In this document: positions 39,339-51,710 of the stretch, in pieces
How positions within the stretch are numbered: the stretch's first letter is position 1
Layout: every line of letters starts with the position of its first letter
NCBI RefSeq assembly: GCF_006345805.1
Contig: NC_043000.1
Location: forward strand, 113,956,001-114,020,000
DNA length: 64,000 nt
Direction of reading: 5' to 3'
DNA from: Octopus sinensis
Taxonomy: Eukaryota
The notes under the pieces: generated by a model
Told to the model about the DNA's origin: nothing
Seen by the model: the letters and a program-made list of their open reading frames with translations, nothing else
Database searches by the model: none
Translations under genes and position numbers: made by a program

Positions 39339-39465
39339 CCTCATTGCGCATCCCATGGGTATTGGATAGGCTAAACCCACTCCGAAACCAAATATCAAAC
39401 CGTATGTGATGAGACAGGATGCGAAGCTGTGACTCACGCTGAAATAAGTTAACAGAACACCACCA
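39339..39465 (-). CDS. MFS exon 3 (SGGVLLTYFS...YGLIFGFGVGLAYPIPMGCAMR)
   Basis: TTTTGCAG acceptor, GTGAGA donor, 127 nt, phase 2 to 0; TM4 signature. Confidence 0.9.
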
Positions 39466-39654
39466 CTGCAAAAGAAAGAGAAGAAATGAGGGGGGGGGGA
39501 CAAAAAAAAAAGAAAACAAAAACAATTGAGAGAGAGAGAGAGAGAGGTGTATGGGTGAAAGTGAAAATATACACAACTACAGCAAAATATACAAACATCT
39601 GAAAGAAAGCCTCCTTCCTGTTTGTCATGGAAGACACCCGATAAGAAACAAAAG

Positions 39655-40160
39655 TCACATATTCTTTTCTGCTCTAGGCACAAGGCCCGAAATTTTGGCG
39701 GAGGGGGCCAGTCGATTAGGTCGACCACAGTACGCAACTGGAAATTAATTTATCGACCCAGAAAGGATGAAAGGGCAAAGTCGACCGCGGCGGAATTTGA
39801 ACTCAGAACGTAGCGGCAGACGAAATACCTATTTCTATTTCTTTACTACCCACAAGTAGCTAAACACAGAGAGGACAAACAAGGACAAATAAACGGATTA
39901 AGTCGATTACATCGACTCCAGTGCGTAACTGGTACTTATTTAATCGACTCCGAAAGGACGAAAAGCAAAGTCGACCTCGGCGGAATTTGAACTCAGAACG
40001 TAGCGGCAGACGAAATACCTATTTCTATTTCTTTACTACCCACAAGTGGCTAAACACAGAGAGGACAAACAAGGACAGACAAACAGTTTAAGTCGATTAT
40101 ATCGACCCCAGCGCGTAAGCATTTCGCCGGGCGTGCTAACGTTTCTGCCAGCTCGCCCCC
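39655..40160 (-). mobile_element. Head-to-tail array of the Deu/Nin-like SINE (about 190-bp period)
   Basis: Unit repeats at 39781 and 39971. A similar array lies at 24850-25225 (-). Confidence 0.75.
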
Positions 40161-40592
40161 TTAACAAAAGGTACATATTTTACGCTATGTTAACAAACAA
40201 AATGTGTTCTCGACATAACATGTAGAGAGATGGTGCTTAATCTGAGTCCATATGAGCCTCGGCGGCCCATAGATTTAGTTTTTCAAAATTATCCACAATA
40301 AACATTTTAACATTATTTTCATGCAACTTCTAAAAATATTTAATTATAAATATATAATGGGGTAATGGGTTATTTAATATATAATGGGGGTATTTAAAAC
40401 AAAAGCATCAAATGGCTATGGAAGTCCAGTAGAGTAAAAAGGGAATCAAAGTGGTTCATACACAAAAAATAGTGTAGAATTTATATTTAGTATGATAAAA
40501 AGAATGGTTTACGTATAATATTTTAGGACTAGCTAATTTGAATATGTATTTGGAGTCTGTGTTGCGACGCAGACACGCAATCACATACTCAC

Positions 40593-40628
<36 letters not shown>

Positions 40629-40728
40629 GCACAGACACATACATAAACACACAGGCAGACAGACTCCCACATATACACAGTCATACACATGCAGACACAC
40701 TAGAAATGCGTACTTCTAGCAGCCTTAC

Positions 40729-40918
40729 CTCATTATCCAGGATCCTGTAAGCGTTGTCAGCCTTGGTCCAATCAATCTTTCTAACATCCCTCCTATGAAT
40801 CCCGTGGTTCCTTGACCCAGGAGCACCATAGCAAAAATCCATACTGATTCATTATATTGAAGGTCGGGCTCTACTTTCTTGTATCTCATATAAGACACTA
40901 TATAAGGAGCGAAATTTC
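40729..40918 (-). CDS. MFS exon 2 (GNFAPYIVSYMR...GQGTTGFIGGMLERLIGPRLTTLTGSWIM)
   Basis: TTCTAG acceptor, GTAAGG donor, 190 nt, phase 1 to 2. Contains the MFS motif-A-like loop GGMLERLIGPR. Not in the ORF track. Confidence 0.9.
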
Positions 40919-41183
40919 CTAGAATCGCAGAATAGAAAATTAAAAAAAGTCTATTAAAATATTAAAAGACAGGAGAAATTCTGAGAATTATTGAGAAATA
41001 TTTCTTTCGTGGCGTTGTGGTAAGAAGCTTGCTTGCCATTCACATGGCTCCGGGTTCAGTCCTACTGCGTGGCACCTTGGGCAAGTGTCTTCTACTATAG
41101 CCTCGGACGACCAAAGCCTTGTGAGTGGATTTGGTTTTGGTCGACGGAAGCTTGAAAGAAACCCCTCGTATATATATAATATC

Positions 41184-41216
<33 letters not shown>

Positions 41217-42175
41217 TATATATATATCGTGGCACTATGCCGGTTACGACGACGAGGGTTCCAGTTGATCCGATCAACGAAACAGCCTGCTCGTGAAATT
41301 AACGTGCAAGTGGCTGAGCACTCCACAGACACGTGTATACTTAATGTAGTTCTCTGGGAGATTCAGCGTGACACAGTGTGTGACAAGACTGAACCTTTGA
41401 AAAACAGGTATTACAGAAACAGGAAGAAAGAGTGAGAGAAAGTTGGGGTGAAAGAGTACAGCAGGGTTCACCACCACCTCTTGTCGGAGCCTCGTGGAGC
41501 TTTTTAGGTGTTTTCGTTCAATAAACACTCACAACGCCCAGTCTGGAAATCGAAACCGCGAGTCCGATGCCCTAACTACTGGGCCATTGCGCCTCCACTT
41601 AGTAAATAATAAACCTGAATATAAAATACAAACATGAAGTGACACGATGAAAGGAGAAAAAATATAAGCGTCGCCACCAGGCGACAAAAGATGAAATAAA
41701 TTGGTATTCAGTCAATCAAGAATGGGTGGTATCTTCCAGGTTTTTTTTAAAGAGATATTTATGCATATGCTTGCATCTACGGAAAATTTCCGATCTTGAG
41801 TTCAAAATCACGTTGGGCATCTTACATCTAAACAAAATGTGTCCTTTGTTTGGCCGAAATGGTACACATTTTGTTTAGATCTAAGATCCTCAACGTGATT
41901 TTGAACTCGAGATTAATTGATTTTATTAATTGATTTGATTGTTTTGTTCTCAGCATGCACTTTGGGTCTTCCTTGCTTGTCGCCACCATACTCTCTGCCT
42001 TCTTGCAACTTATGAACAGATCCTTCTTCTACCTTTTTTCTGATCACTACATCCAGAAGTCTTCATTTGTTTCATAGATTACACAAAGTAGACACAAGAA
42101 GACACTTGCCCAATGTGCAACACAGTGGGACTGAGCCTGGAACCGTATGGTTACGAAACAAGCTTCTTACCACAC

Positions 42176-42552
42176 GGGAAGAATGTAACGATCGAGAAGG
42201 TGAATGACAATGACCTTTTTGTGTGCACAGTCTGTGACAGACCATGCCTGGCTTTGGCTGGCTCCAAATCTCATCTGCCAAAGCATGGAAAATGAACCTC
42301 CATCAACTATTCTGACTATGCCAGTGTATGCCAGAAGGTTTGCAAATCCAACGGAGTCCTCAAAAGATATTTTAAGATCCACAAAGAACATAATTTATCT
42401 GCAGATATTGGTGGTCCAAATCAGAGGTGCAATCTGTGTGGGTTTCTTTTCAGAACATTGTCTGGTTTAAAAAGCCACATCAGACGCCATGATGGTGCTA
42501 AAGTGTAGGTACATGAGGTGGTCAAACTCTGTATAAGGAGTAGACAACCACC
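42176..42552 (+). mobile_element. LINE-like (probably RTE) 3' end with three C2H2-type fingers
   Basis: One frame with an internal TGA: CTVC..SHLPKH / (S)VC..KIH / CNLC..SHIRRH, then TAG and a short tail ending in (TA)n. Confidence 0.5.
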
Positions 42553-43346
42553 ATATATATTTATATATCTTTATCTTTTATTTGTTTTAGCCATTAGACT
42601 ACGGCCATGCTGGGGCGTCACCTTGATGAATTTTTAGTCGAATGTATCGACCAAGTACTTTTTAAAAAATACCTGGTACTTATTCTATCGGGCTTTTTGG
42701 CGAACCGCTATAATTATGGGGACGTAAACACACCAGCACCGGTTGTCGAAGCGGTGGTGAGGGGACAAACACAGACACAAAGACACACATATATATATAT
42801 AGATACATACACTCAACGGGCTTCTTTCAGTTTCTGCCTACCAAATCCACTCTCAAGGTTTTGGTGGGCACGAGGTCATAGTAGAAGATACTTACCTCGA
42901 ACCAAGTGGTTGGGAAGCAAGCTTCTTACCACACAGCCACAAAACAACAAAGACAAAGATAGAGAGAATCAATGATTACACACACACACACACACACATC
43001 CACACACATTAATTTGTATTTTTGAAAATGATGTATCGATAGCCCAAGAAGATAGCTTTCGCGGTTTCGCTGATGTAGATCGTAGTGGTGTAACGATGGC
43101 GGTTAGAGATGCCAAAACGTGGATTTCTATCGACACTTCGAGATTTTACTGACATGAGAGGCGAAGCTACTGTCATGTGAAAAATTGTAATTCTGAAGAA
43201 TTCGAGATGATTTGCCCTCGAAACCGGCTTCTGAAGCTCGTGACGTTTTTCCATTATTAACTAGAACGGCCGTTTTCCAGAAACGCGACATGTCGCTCAG
43301 CTTTATATATGTGTGTGAGTATGTTTGTGTGTGTATGTTTGTGTGT

Positions 43347-43394
<48 letters not shown>

Positions 43395-43647
43395 TTAAAC
43401 GATAAGAAGATGACAAAGAATTCTTTAAGATATCGTTTTCACTTGGACTATTTACTCTTCGCCAAATCCACCTTACGGTGGAATCCTTGTGGAGCTTGGA
43501 TTTCCTACACCTGAGGAATACCGGCGTTGGCCTGGGACCCAACAGTGTTGATAGCCCAGTATTCGGGTCGAATGCTTCTCTGGAAATAGCTTAACTTCAT
43601 AACAACCTGAATGTATGTATGTAAACACAGACACAGACACACACACA

Positions 43648-43685
<38 letters not shown>

Positions 43686-43869
43686 ACACACACACACAAC
43701 ACACCACACCACACACACACACACAGACAGAAATGTATATACTTGTATAAGTATATATGTGTGTATGTTTACATGTTTACACGTGTTAAATTCAATGTGC
43801 GAAATGGACAACAAAACGATGGTTAAGTTGTAGATGTTGGACAAACACTCGATAGTTCAGTAGTAGTAG

Positions 43870-43901
<32 letters not shown>

Positions 43902-43939
43902 GGTGGTGGTGGTGGTAACAGAGTTTAAGGAGTACATAC

Positions 43940-44042
43940 CGTATGAGTAGGTAGCTCCAAACGTCGTGTGCGTGATAACACCACCAGCGACCACAAGTAC
44001 CAACCGCCACAAAGGAGGGTGGACGCCACTTATCGAACCCAT
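43940..44042 (-). CDS. MFS transporter (oxalate:formate antiporter-like), first coding exon (MGSISG...GGVITHTTFGATYSY)
   Basis: ATG at 44042, TM1-like sequence, G|GTATGT donor, phase 1. An acceptor just upstream (exon start 44064) implies a further 5'UTR exon. Confidence 0.8.
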
Positions 44043-44149
44043 GACCCCTCGATTTGATACGAAACTGAGAAGAGAGAGAGAGAGAGAGAAAGAATTTGGC
44101 GTTGTGTAAAAGAAAATTGGGAAGAAACGATTGTTGATGTTGTCATCGA

Positions 44150-44790
44150 TGTAGGTAGTGGTGATGGTATTGGTGGTGGTGTTGGCGACGGTGGTAATTG
44201 TGGTGATGGTATTGGTGGTGTTGGTGGTGCTGGTTGTTGTTTTGTTACTGGTCGATGTCGTTGTTTATTGTTGTTGCAGCGTTGGTGGTTAGCGATGGTA
44301 GCTTTGGTGACAGTGTACGTGTCGGTGGTGCGGTGGTGAAGGTGGTGAAGGTGGTGGTTGTGATGATGGTGGTTGTGGTGATAGTAGTGGTGATGATGGT
44401 GGTGATGGTGGTGGAGGTGGGGGTTTTGGTGATGGTGATGGTGGTGAAGGTGGTGGTGGTTTTGGTGATGGTGATGGTGGTGATGGTAGTGGTGGAGGTG
44501 GTGGTGGTGGTGGTGGTGGTGGTGGTAGTGGTGGTGGTAGTGATAGTAGTAGTGGTGGTGGTCATGATGCTGTTAGCGTACTGGCGGTGGTAGTGGTGGT
44601 AGTGGTGGTAGTGGTGGTTGCGGTGGTGGTGGTGGTGGTTGAGGTGGTTGCGGTGGTGGTGGTTGCGGTGGTTGCGGTGGTGGTGGTGGTTGCGGTGGTG
44701 GTGGTGGTGGTTGAGGTGGTGATGGTAGTTGAGGTGGTGGTTGGTGTGGTTGAGGTAGTGGTTGTGGTTATGGTGGTCGTGGTGTTGGAG
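44150..44790. repeat. Degenerate (GGT/GTA/GAT)n trinucleotide tract, about 640 bp
   Basis: Directly visible; the poly-Val/Thr/His ORFs here are artefacts. Confidence 0.95.
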
Positions 44791-45190
44791 GACTATGATG
44801 AACAAGAGGGACAGAGGACCGATCTTTGGTGAACTCCTGCTTGTATACTGAACTCATCGCTCTACATGTTGCCAATCCACGCCTTACTGACAACGTCCCT
44901 GTACATGGCTTGTACAGCTCTCACCGCCCATTCATCTATCCCTAGTTTCCGCATTGGCTACCAGATAAGGGAGCTAGGGACCCTGTCGAAAGCTTTCCCC
45001 ATGTCAACAAAAGGCAAGTACAGGGGTTTATCTTTGGCTAAGTATTTCTCCTGCAGCTGCCTTACCAGGAATATAGCATCAGTGGTGCTTCTCCCTGGCA
45101 CAAAACAAAACTGCATATCATCTACACGAACTCTCTTCCCCATTAGTTGGGCTGTGACTCTCTCCGTGACTCTCATATACATATCACCGT
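44775..45190 (-). mobile_element. RTE-clade LINE RT fragment
   Basis: MQFCFVPGRSTTDAIFLVRQLQEKYLAKDKPLYLPFVDMGKAFDRVP. Confidence 0.85.
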
Positions 45191-45523
45191 AAATATATGA
45201 AGATATATAACATACATACATGCATACATACATACATACATACATACATACATACATACATACGTACATACATACATACGTACGTACATACATACATACA
45301 TACATACATACATACATACATACATACATACATACATACATAATACATACGTACGTACATACATAAGTGAGGAGTAGATAGACAGCCAACAACTGATGAA
45401 GGGTCGTTCTTTGTGTTACTTGTCCTGTTTTCTATTTGTTTCTCTCGTTGTTTTCATATTGAACTCATTTCTTTTCGCATTTTATGTTGTTTACTGTTGG
45501 TGACGTCCTGTACCCATATATGC

Positions 45524-45575
<52 letters not shown>

Positions 45576-46039
45576 TGCCCTAACCACTGGGCCATTGCGC
45601 CTCTGCTGAAATCTAAACTGTCATTGTATGTGATATAATAGTATATGGCATTCGTAACGCGTTATTAAATAACCAAGGACACAAGTGCTTTTAAACAACG
45701 AAAAATTCTGAAGTTTTCTCTACAGATAAGATAGCAATTGTCACAGCATGCAACGCTCCTTAAATGCCATCTACACTAGATCATAATAATTATTGAAGGT
45801 TTCATGCATGAATATTCGTCTTATCACACCAGAAACGTAGCTCTATTTTTTTAATATTCTATACATTTGCTTTGTAACTGTATCATTTTCATTTTCAGTT
45901 GTGGCTGCGTGGTAAGAAGCTTGCTTCCCAAGCACTCCCACTGCGTGGCACCTTGAGCGAGACTCTTTTCTACAATATCTTCGGGCCGACCAAAATCTTG
46001 ACTGGATTTGATAAACAAACACTGAAAGTAGCTCTTGTA

Positions 46040-46089
<50 letters not shown>

Positions 46090-46510
46090 TGTTTGTGTGT
46101 GTCTGTGTGTGTCCCCCACCATCGCTTGACAACCGATGCTGGTTTGTTTACGTCCACATCACTTAACGCTTCCGTAAAACAGACCGATAGAATAAGTACC
46201 AGGCTTACAAAGAATAAGTCCTTGGGTCGATTTCTTCGACCAAATCCCTTTACGACGGTGCTCCAGCTAGGCCGCAGTCAGATGACTAAAGCAAGTAAAA
46301 TAAAGAAAAAATAAAAGTATAGCTATGTTTGGTATATATGTTTCGTTAGGCGCATGCGTGGTGGTGTGGTAAGAAGCTAACTTCCCAACTACATAGTTCC
46401 TGGTTCAGTTCCACAACATGGCATATCGGGCAAGTGTCTTCTGCTATAGCTTTGGGCTGACTAAAGCCTTGTGAGTGGATTTGGTAGACGGAAACTGAAA
46501 GAAGCCCGTC

Positions 46511-46556
<46 letters not shown>

Positions 46557-46747
46557 CCTTTATTTCAAAGGGTCAACCTTATCACACTGTGTCATGCTGA
46601 CTCTGCCCGAGAACTACGGTAAGGGTAAACGTGTCTGTGAAATGCTCAGCTACTTGCACGTTAATTTCACGAGCAGGCTGTTCGTTGATCGGATCAACTG
46701 GAACCCTCATTGTCGCAACCGACGGAGTTCTACGGGTATATATATAG

Positions 46748-46847
<100 letters not shown>

Positions 46848-47115
46848 CAAATAAATGAAAGAATGGAGCTAACGCTATTTAACAAAATTCCTTATTTTCT
46901 CGACATAATTTTCGAGAATAAAAGAATTTTGTTAAATCGTCGTTCAACTCCATTCTTTTCATTTATTTGTATTAAAAAAAAAACACAAATTTCCACACGA
47001 AAGCACGTGATCTCTGCCCTTGGCATGTAGCTTCAACCGTGTTTTTTCTGACGTGAATTTGCTACCCGGTATCGGTTAACCGAATTATCCATACTAGGAT
47101 AATTCATTCAACTAT

Positions 47116-47209
<94 letters not shown>

Positions 47210-47239
47210 ATATATATATAATAGATAGATAGATAGATC

Positions 47240-47275
<36 letters not shown>

Positions 47276-48918
47276 GATAGATAGATTAGATAGATAGATT
47301 TGGTGTTTGTCCTCCTCCACCTTCTCTGCTTGACAACCGGTGTTGGTGTGCTTATGTCCCCGTAACTTAGCGGTTCAGCAGAAGAACCGATTGAATAAGT
47401 ACCAGGCTTAAAAAAGAGTACTGGGGTCGATACATTCGACTATAAATTGTTCAAGGCGGTGCCCCAGCATGGTCGTTTGTTGGTAGTATACTGTATATAT
47501 ATATGCACACACACGCGCGTGCGCATGCACACACACATATATAAACATAGGCGTATACATACCACTTGTTTCACCATGATATTTGGTGGACTGGTCATCT
47601 TCTATTTCTATCTTACCTCTTTAATATTTACCTGATGCCTGATGATGGCGTGTTCTTCCCATGATGTCATCTAAGAATGCTACAATGAAATGCTGTCGAA
47701 ACAGCTGTTGAGATCTTTGAATTGCATCTGTTTTCTACTTTCCTTATATTTAAGAATTGTAGAGGCATGGAACAAACTACCTGCGACAGTCGTTAGCTGT
47801 CCAGACATTACATCCTTCAGAACTTCCATGCTTCCTAAAAAAAGCCAACATACACACACACCCACACACACACCCAAATATAAACACACACTCTCTCTCT
47901 ACATACATACATACATTCAAGCATACATACATACATACACATTTTATACACACACATACACACATATATATACCTTTATATCTCACCCAACAGTATGTTT
48001 GCTTCACACCTGTATTTGTTTATTACTCACCTGTATACATTTGTTAGAGAGTTACCTGCTTGTCACATGACTGTGTGTGTTTGTTACACACATGCATTTG
48101 GTTGTTAAATTCCTATGCATGCGTTCGATATTCAACTGTATATGGTCTTTACTCATCTATAAATATCTTTATGTCACTCATCCATGAGTACATTTATTAA
48201 ACAGCAGGGCAGTTGTTCTCACAAAATTGTATGGATACCTACTACACAAATGTATTCATTTTTTGCATGTGTGTGTGTGTGTGTGTGTGGTGTGTGATGG
48301 ACACGAATGTGTCTCTTGAGGCCTGCTGGTGTCTTTCAATCCCTTTGGCAAATGGAATGAGATGAGGACTCAGCTTGAGTGCTTGTGGATCATTCACGAC
48401 ATGTGTTCTTGTGTGGACGGCAAGGCCTGCTTTGGTTTGTGCCAGAAAACCACAATGACATGTAAGGTTTCCATTTATATATATCTTTGTTGCATCCCTG
48501 AATGTATATTTCTCACACATGAGCGGCATTGATTATTGGGGTCGACTAAAAAAAAAAAAAACTCAATCTCTACTCTCTCCAACGCCGCCGGGGGCGCTAC
48601 ATCATTTGTGTTATTTGGCAAATATTCCATCAATATTGCACAAATGATGTTAGCATCAATTTTAAAATCCAGCCAAGACTTGTCCCCTGTGCTGTCCGCC
48701 CATTATAACAATCGAACTCGGTACACATAGCAATATTACGTTACAATTACTTTACCTCAACCGCTCCAGCTCTCTTTAAAGTAACACCAAAATGCTTTAA
48801 AATATCGTAGAAGACACTTGCCGTAGGTAACACGCAGTGGAACTGAACTCGGAACCATGTGGTTGGGAAGCAAGCTTCTTACCACACAGCCACCATCTGC
48901 GCCTATAGAAAACTGGGA

Positions 48919-49008
48919 TCTCGCGAGACGGATTCGAACCACCGACCTAAGGATTACAGCTTGTGATATTGACAGTCTATAGTCCTCCGCTCTACCAATT
49001 ATCGCGAG
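48919..49008 (-). pseudogene. Intron-containing tRNA-Tyr pseudogene (anticodon ATA, D-stem deletion)
   Basis: Reads CTCGCGA TA ATTGGTA GAGC G GAGGA CT ATA G [22-nt intron] A TCCTT AGGTC GGTGG TTCGAAT CCGTC TCGCGAG A. Acceptor, anticodon and T arms pair; the 5' D-stem strand (GCTCA) is absent. Confidence 0.8.
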
Positions 49009-49199
49009 AACTGTTGCCACGAGCTTTATTTATGTTTAACTACTGAATGAATTTAATAAAAGCATCTAAATATGAAACCTCATGAAAATTGTTCAAACTG
49101 ACGCCCTTCTTGAGCGACACATTTTTCCATTCGAGTCAATTCAGAATTACAGATAATACAGAATTTTGATTTACTGTCGAGTGAGTTTTAGCCAACCTG

Positions 49200-49247
<48 letters not shown>

Positions 49248-49299
49248 ATATATATATATATATATATAACTTAGAATAACTTAGAAAGGTTTTGGCCAG

Positions 49300-50930
49300 T
49301 ATTGGCCCAGGCCATGTCTAACTTAATAGGCACCACCTGGCGAAGTCTTTCAATTCAGGATTTGGGCACCAAGGCCCATTCGAGCAGAGAGTTATTGTTT
49401 GCGGAGACATATCCGGGTGTGGGTGGTTTGTCCGAGACTGTTTGAAGGAATTTGTCCAAAGACTTCTTGAATTTTGTGTGGTCAGTTTCTTTTTTGACGT
49501 GTCCTGGTGTAATGTTGAAGAGAGCGGGTCCAATTGAGGTGAAATAGTTGTGCCGTATTGTCGTTATGCGATGCGATTTAGATTTTTGTTGTGGACGGAT
49601 GGCACGTGATCCAAGCCTTGGATGTATTTTGAAGGTGATGCCAACATCATTCGGACAGTGCTGATGGAATATTTTTCACATCATACAGATAATGTAGCGT
49701 TCACGGCGTCGTTGGAGTGAATACAGTTTCAGCTTCCTAGTCTACCCCAGTAGTCAAGGTCTGACATGCCATCTATCTTTTTTGTGATTGACCTTTGGGG
49801 AGCTTCAATTCTCATAATATTTTGTTTTGTGTAGGGAGACCACAGTGGACAGCAGTATTCAAGGTGGGGTCGAGCAAAAGTGGGGAAAGAAGGATAATAG
49901 TGTGGGAATCTCTCGACTGGAAGGTTCTGAGAATCCAGGAACACATTCTGCGGGCCATGTCAACTTTGCTGCTTATATGTGTAGCCCAGCTTATGTGTTG
50001 TCCACTGTTACTCCCAAGTCTCTGATGTTGTTGGATGCCATGAGAATTTCTCCAGAAGGAAGAGAGTATGGGAGTTTCAGAGCGTCCTCCCTTCCAAAGT
50101 GGATCAGTTCGAATTTGTCTTCATTTAGCAACATGTTATTCTTTTCCGCCCATTGGACAACAGCCAGTAGGTCTGACTGAAGCTTATTTTGTCATCCACG
50201 CCATTGATGACCTTCTGGAGCTTGGAATCGTCAGCGAAGGTTCTGATGTTACTGTGTTTGATGGTGTCAGTAATATCATTTATGTAGATGATGAAGAGAA
50301 GTGGGCCCAACACAGTGCCTTGTGGGACACCACTGCTGACTTTGGCTGGGCTGGATTTGACTCCTTCGACTACAACATGTTGGTTCTGTTAGACAGGAAG
50401 CACTTGATCCACTGCAGCAGCTTTCCAGTGACACCATATGGACAGCTTTCTCAGAAGGATCTTATGATCAACCTGTCAAAGGCCTTGCTGAAATCAAGGT
50501 AGATGACATCAGTGTTGGACCCTCTCCCAAGGCTCTCAAAATGTCATCAAAATGATTTAGTAGCTGCGTCAGGCAATCTCTCCCATTACGGAATCCATGC
50601 TGGTTGGAGTTCAGCATATTATGACTCTCAGGAAGTGAGTCATACGCGATCTCAGCACTCTCTCAAATACCTTAATGATATGAGAGGTGAGTGAGATTGG
50701 ACGGTATTCACGGCAAGCGATTTGTTTCCTTTTTTGAAAACTGGGACAACAGACTGGGATAGAAGGTCTTCTGGTATATATCCAGCATCCAGTGAGTTCC
50801 GCCACAGATTGGCTAGAGGGGGTGCAAGTTGGTTTTGACACATCTTCAAGACACAAGCAGGGAACCTATCGGGACCTACTGCTGAATTATACTTCATTTC
50901 CTTTATTGCTGCTAAGACATCAGGAGCGCC
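49300..50930 (-). mobile_element. CR1-clade LINE RT region and 3' end (decayed)
   Basis: AVGPDRFP...YRPISLTS, LGPLLFIIYIND...FADDSKL, RPHLEYCCPLWSP motifs in broken frames. Confidence 0.85.
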
Positions 50931-50934
50931 AAAG

Positions 50935-50979
<45 letters not shown>

Positions 50980-51099
50980 TATCCCTGCTGTACTCAAAAG
51001 GCAGTGCTCCAGCATGCCGCAGTCAAATGACTGAAAACAGTACAAAAAAAAAATATATATATATATATATACGAGAAAGAAGCAACAAGAATGGTTAGT

Positions 51100-51190
51100 T
51101 TTTAGTACAATTGTTTCATACAAAGACAGGCTTTATTAAAAGTTGCAAAAATTGCAGCAGATAAAAGTGTCCCGTACTCATCAGCTAAAA
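51100..51190 (-). ncRNA. Type I hammerhead motif with long stem II, intact core
   Basis: TTTTAG-CTGATGA-GTACGGGACA...TGTCTTTGTAT-GAAAC-AATT-GTA^CTAAAA. 6-bp stem I, palindromic CAATTG stem III. Confidence 0.7.
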
Positions 51191-51302
51191 TACATATGAT
51201 TTCTCCAAACATCTTAGTGGGTGAGGCTATACTCATGAAGTATTGGAGATAAACTTCATGAGTATAGCCTCTCCACTAAGATGTTTGGAGAACTCATATG
51301 TA

Positions 51303-51393
51303 TTTTAGCTGATGAGTACGGGACACTTTTTCTGCTGCAATTTTTTGCAACTTTTAATAAAGCCTGTCTTTGTATGAAACAATTGTACAAAAA
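51303..51393 (+). ncRNA. Mirror copy of the long-stem-II hammerhead
   Basis: TTTTAG-CTGATGA (51309-51315)...GAAAC (51376-51380)-AATT-GTA^CAAAAA; one stem I mismatch. Confidence 0.6.
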
Positions 51394-51589
51394 ACTAATC
51401 CATCTTGTTGCTTCTTTCTCGTTTATAATCACCCCACATTACTGTATGGTTAACACCATATAGTTTTCTGGTGCAATCTAAGTTAAGTACCACATTCAAG
51501 TCAATTCATTGGAATTGACTTGAATCTTAATTGCTTTCATATATATATATAGTGTGTGTGTGATGTATGTATATATATATATATATGTA

Positions 51590-51630
<41 letters not shown>

Positions 51631-51650
51631 TATATTATATATATATGTAT

Positions 51651-51710
<60 letters not shown>

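Noticed and set aside
43511-43606. Frame-preserving 96-nt candidate cassette exon in MFS intron 1
   Set aside because: Weak donor (GTGTAG) and poor pyrimidine tract, and it would insert 32 polar residues at the end of TM1.
47639-47715. CTGATGA...GAAAC-AGCT-GTT hammerhead-like pattern
   Set aside because: Core and palindromic stem III are present, but I cannot form a credible stem I; left unresolved.
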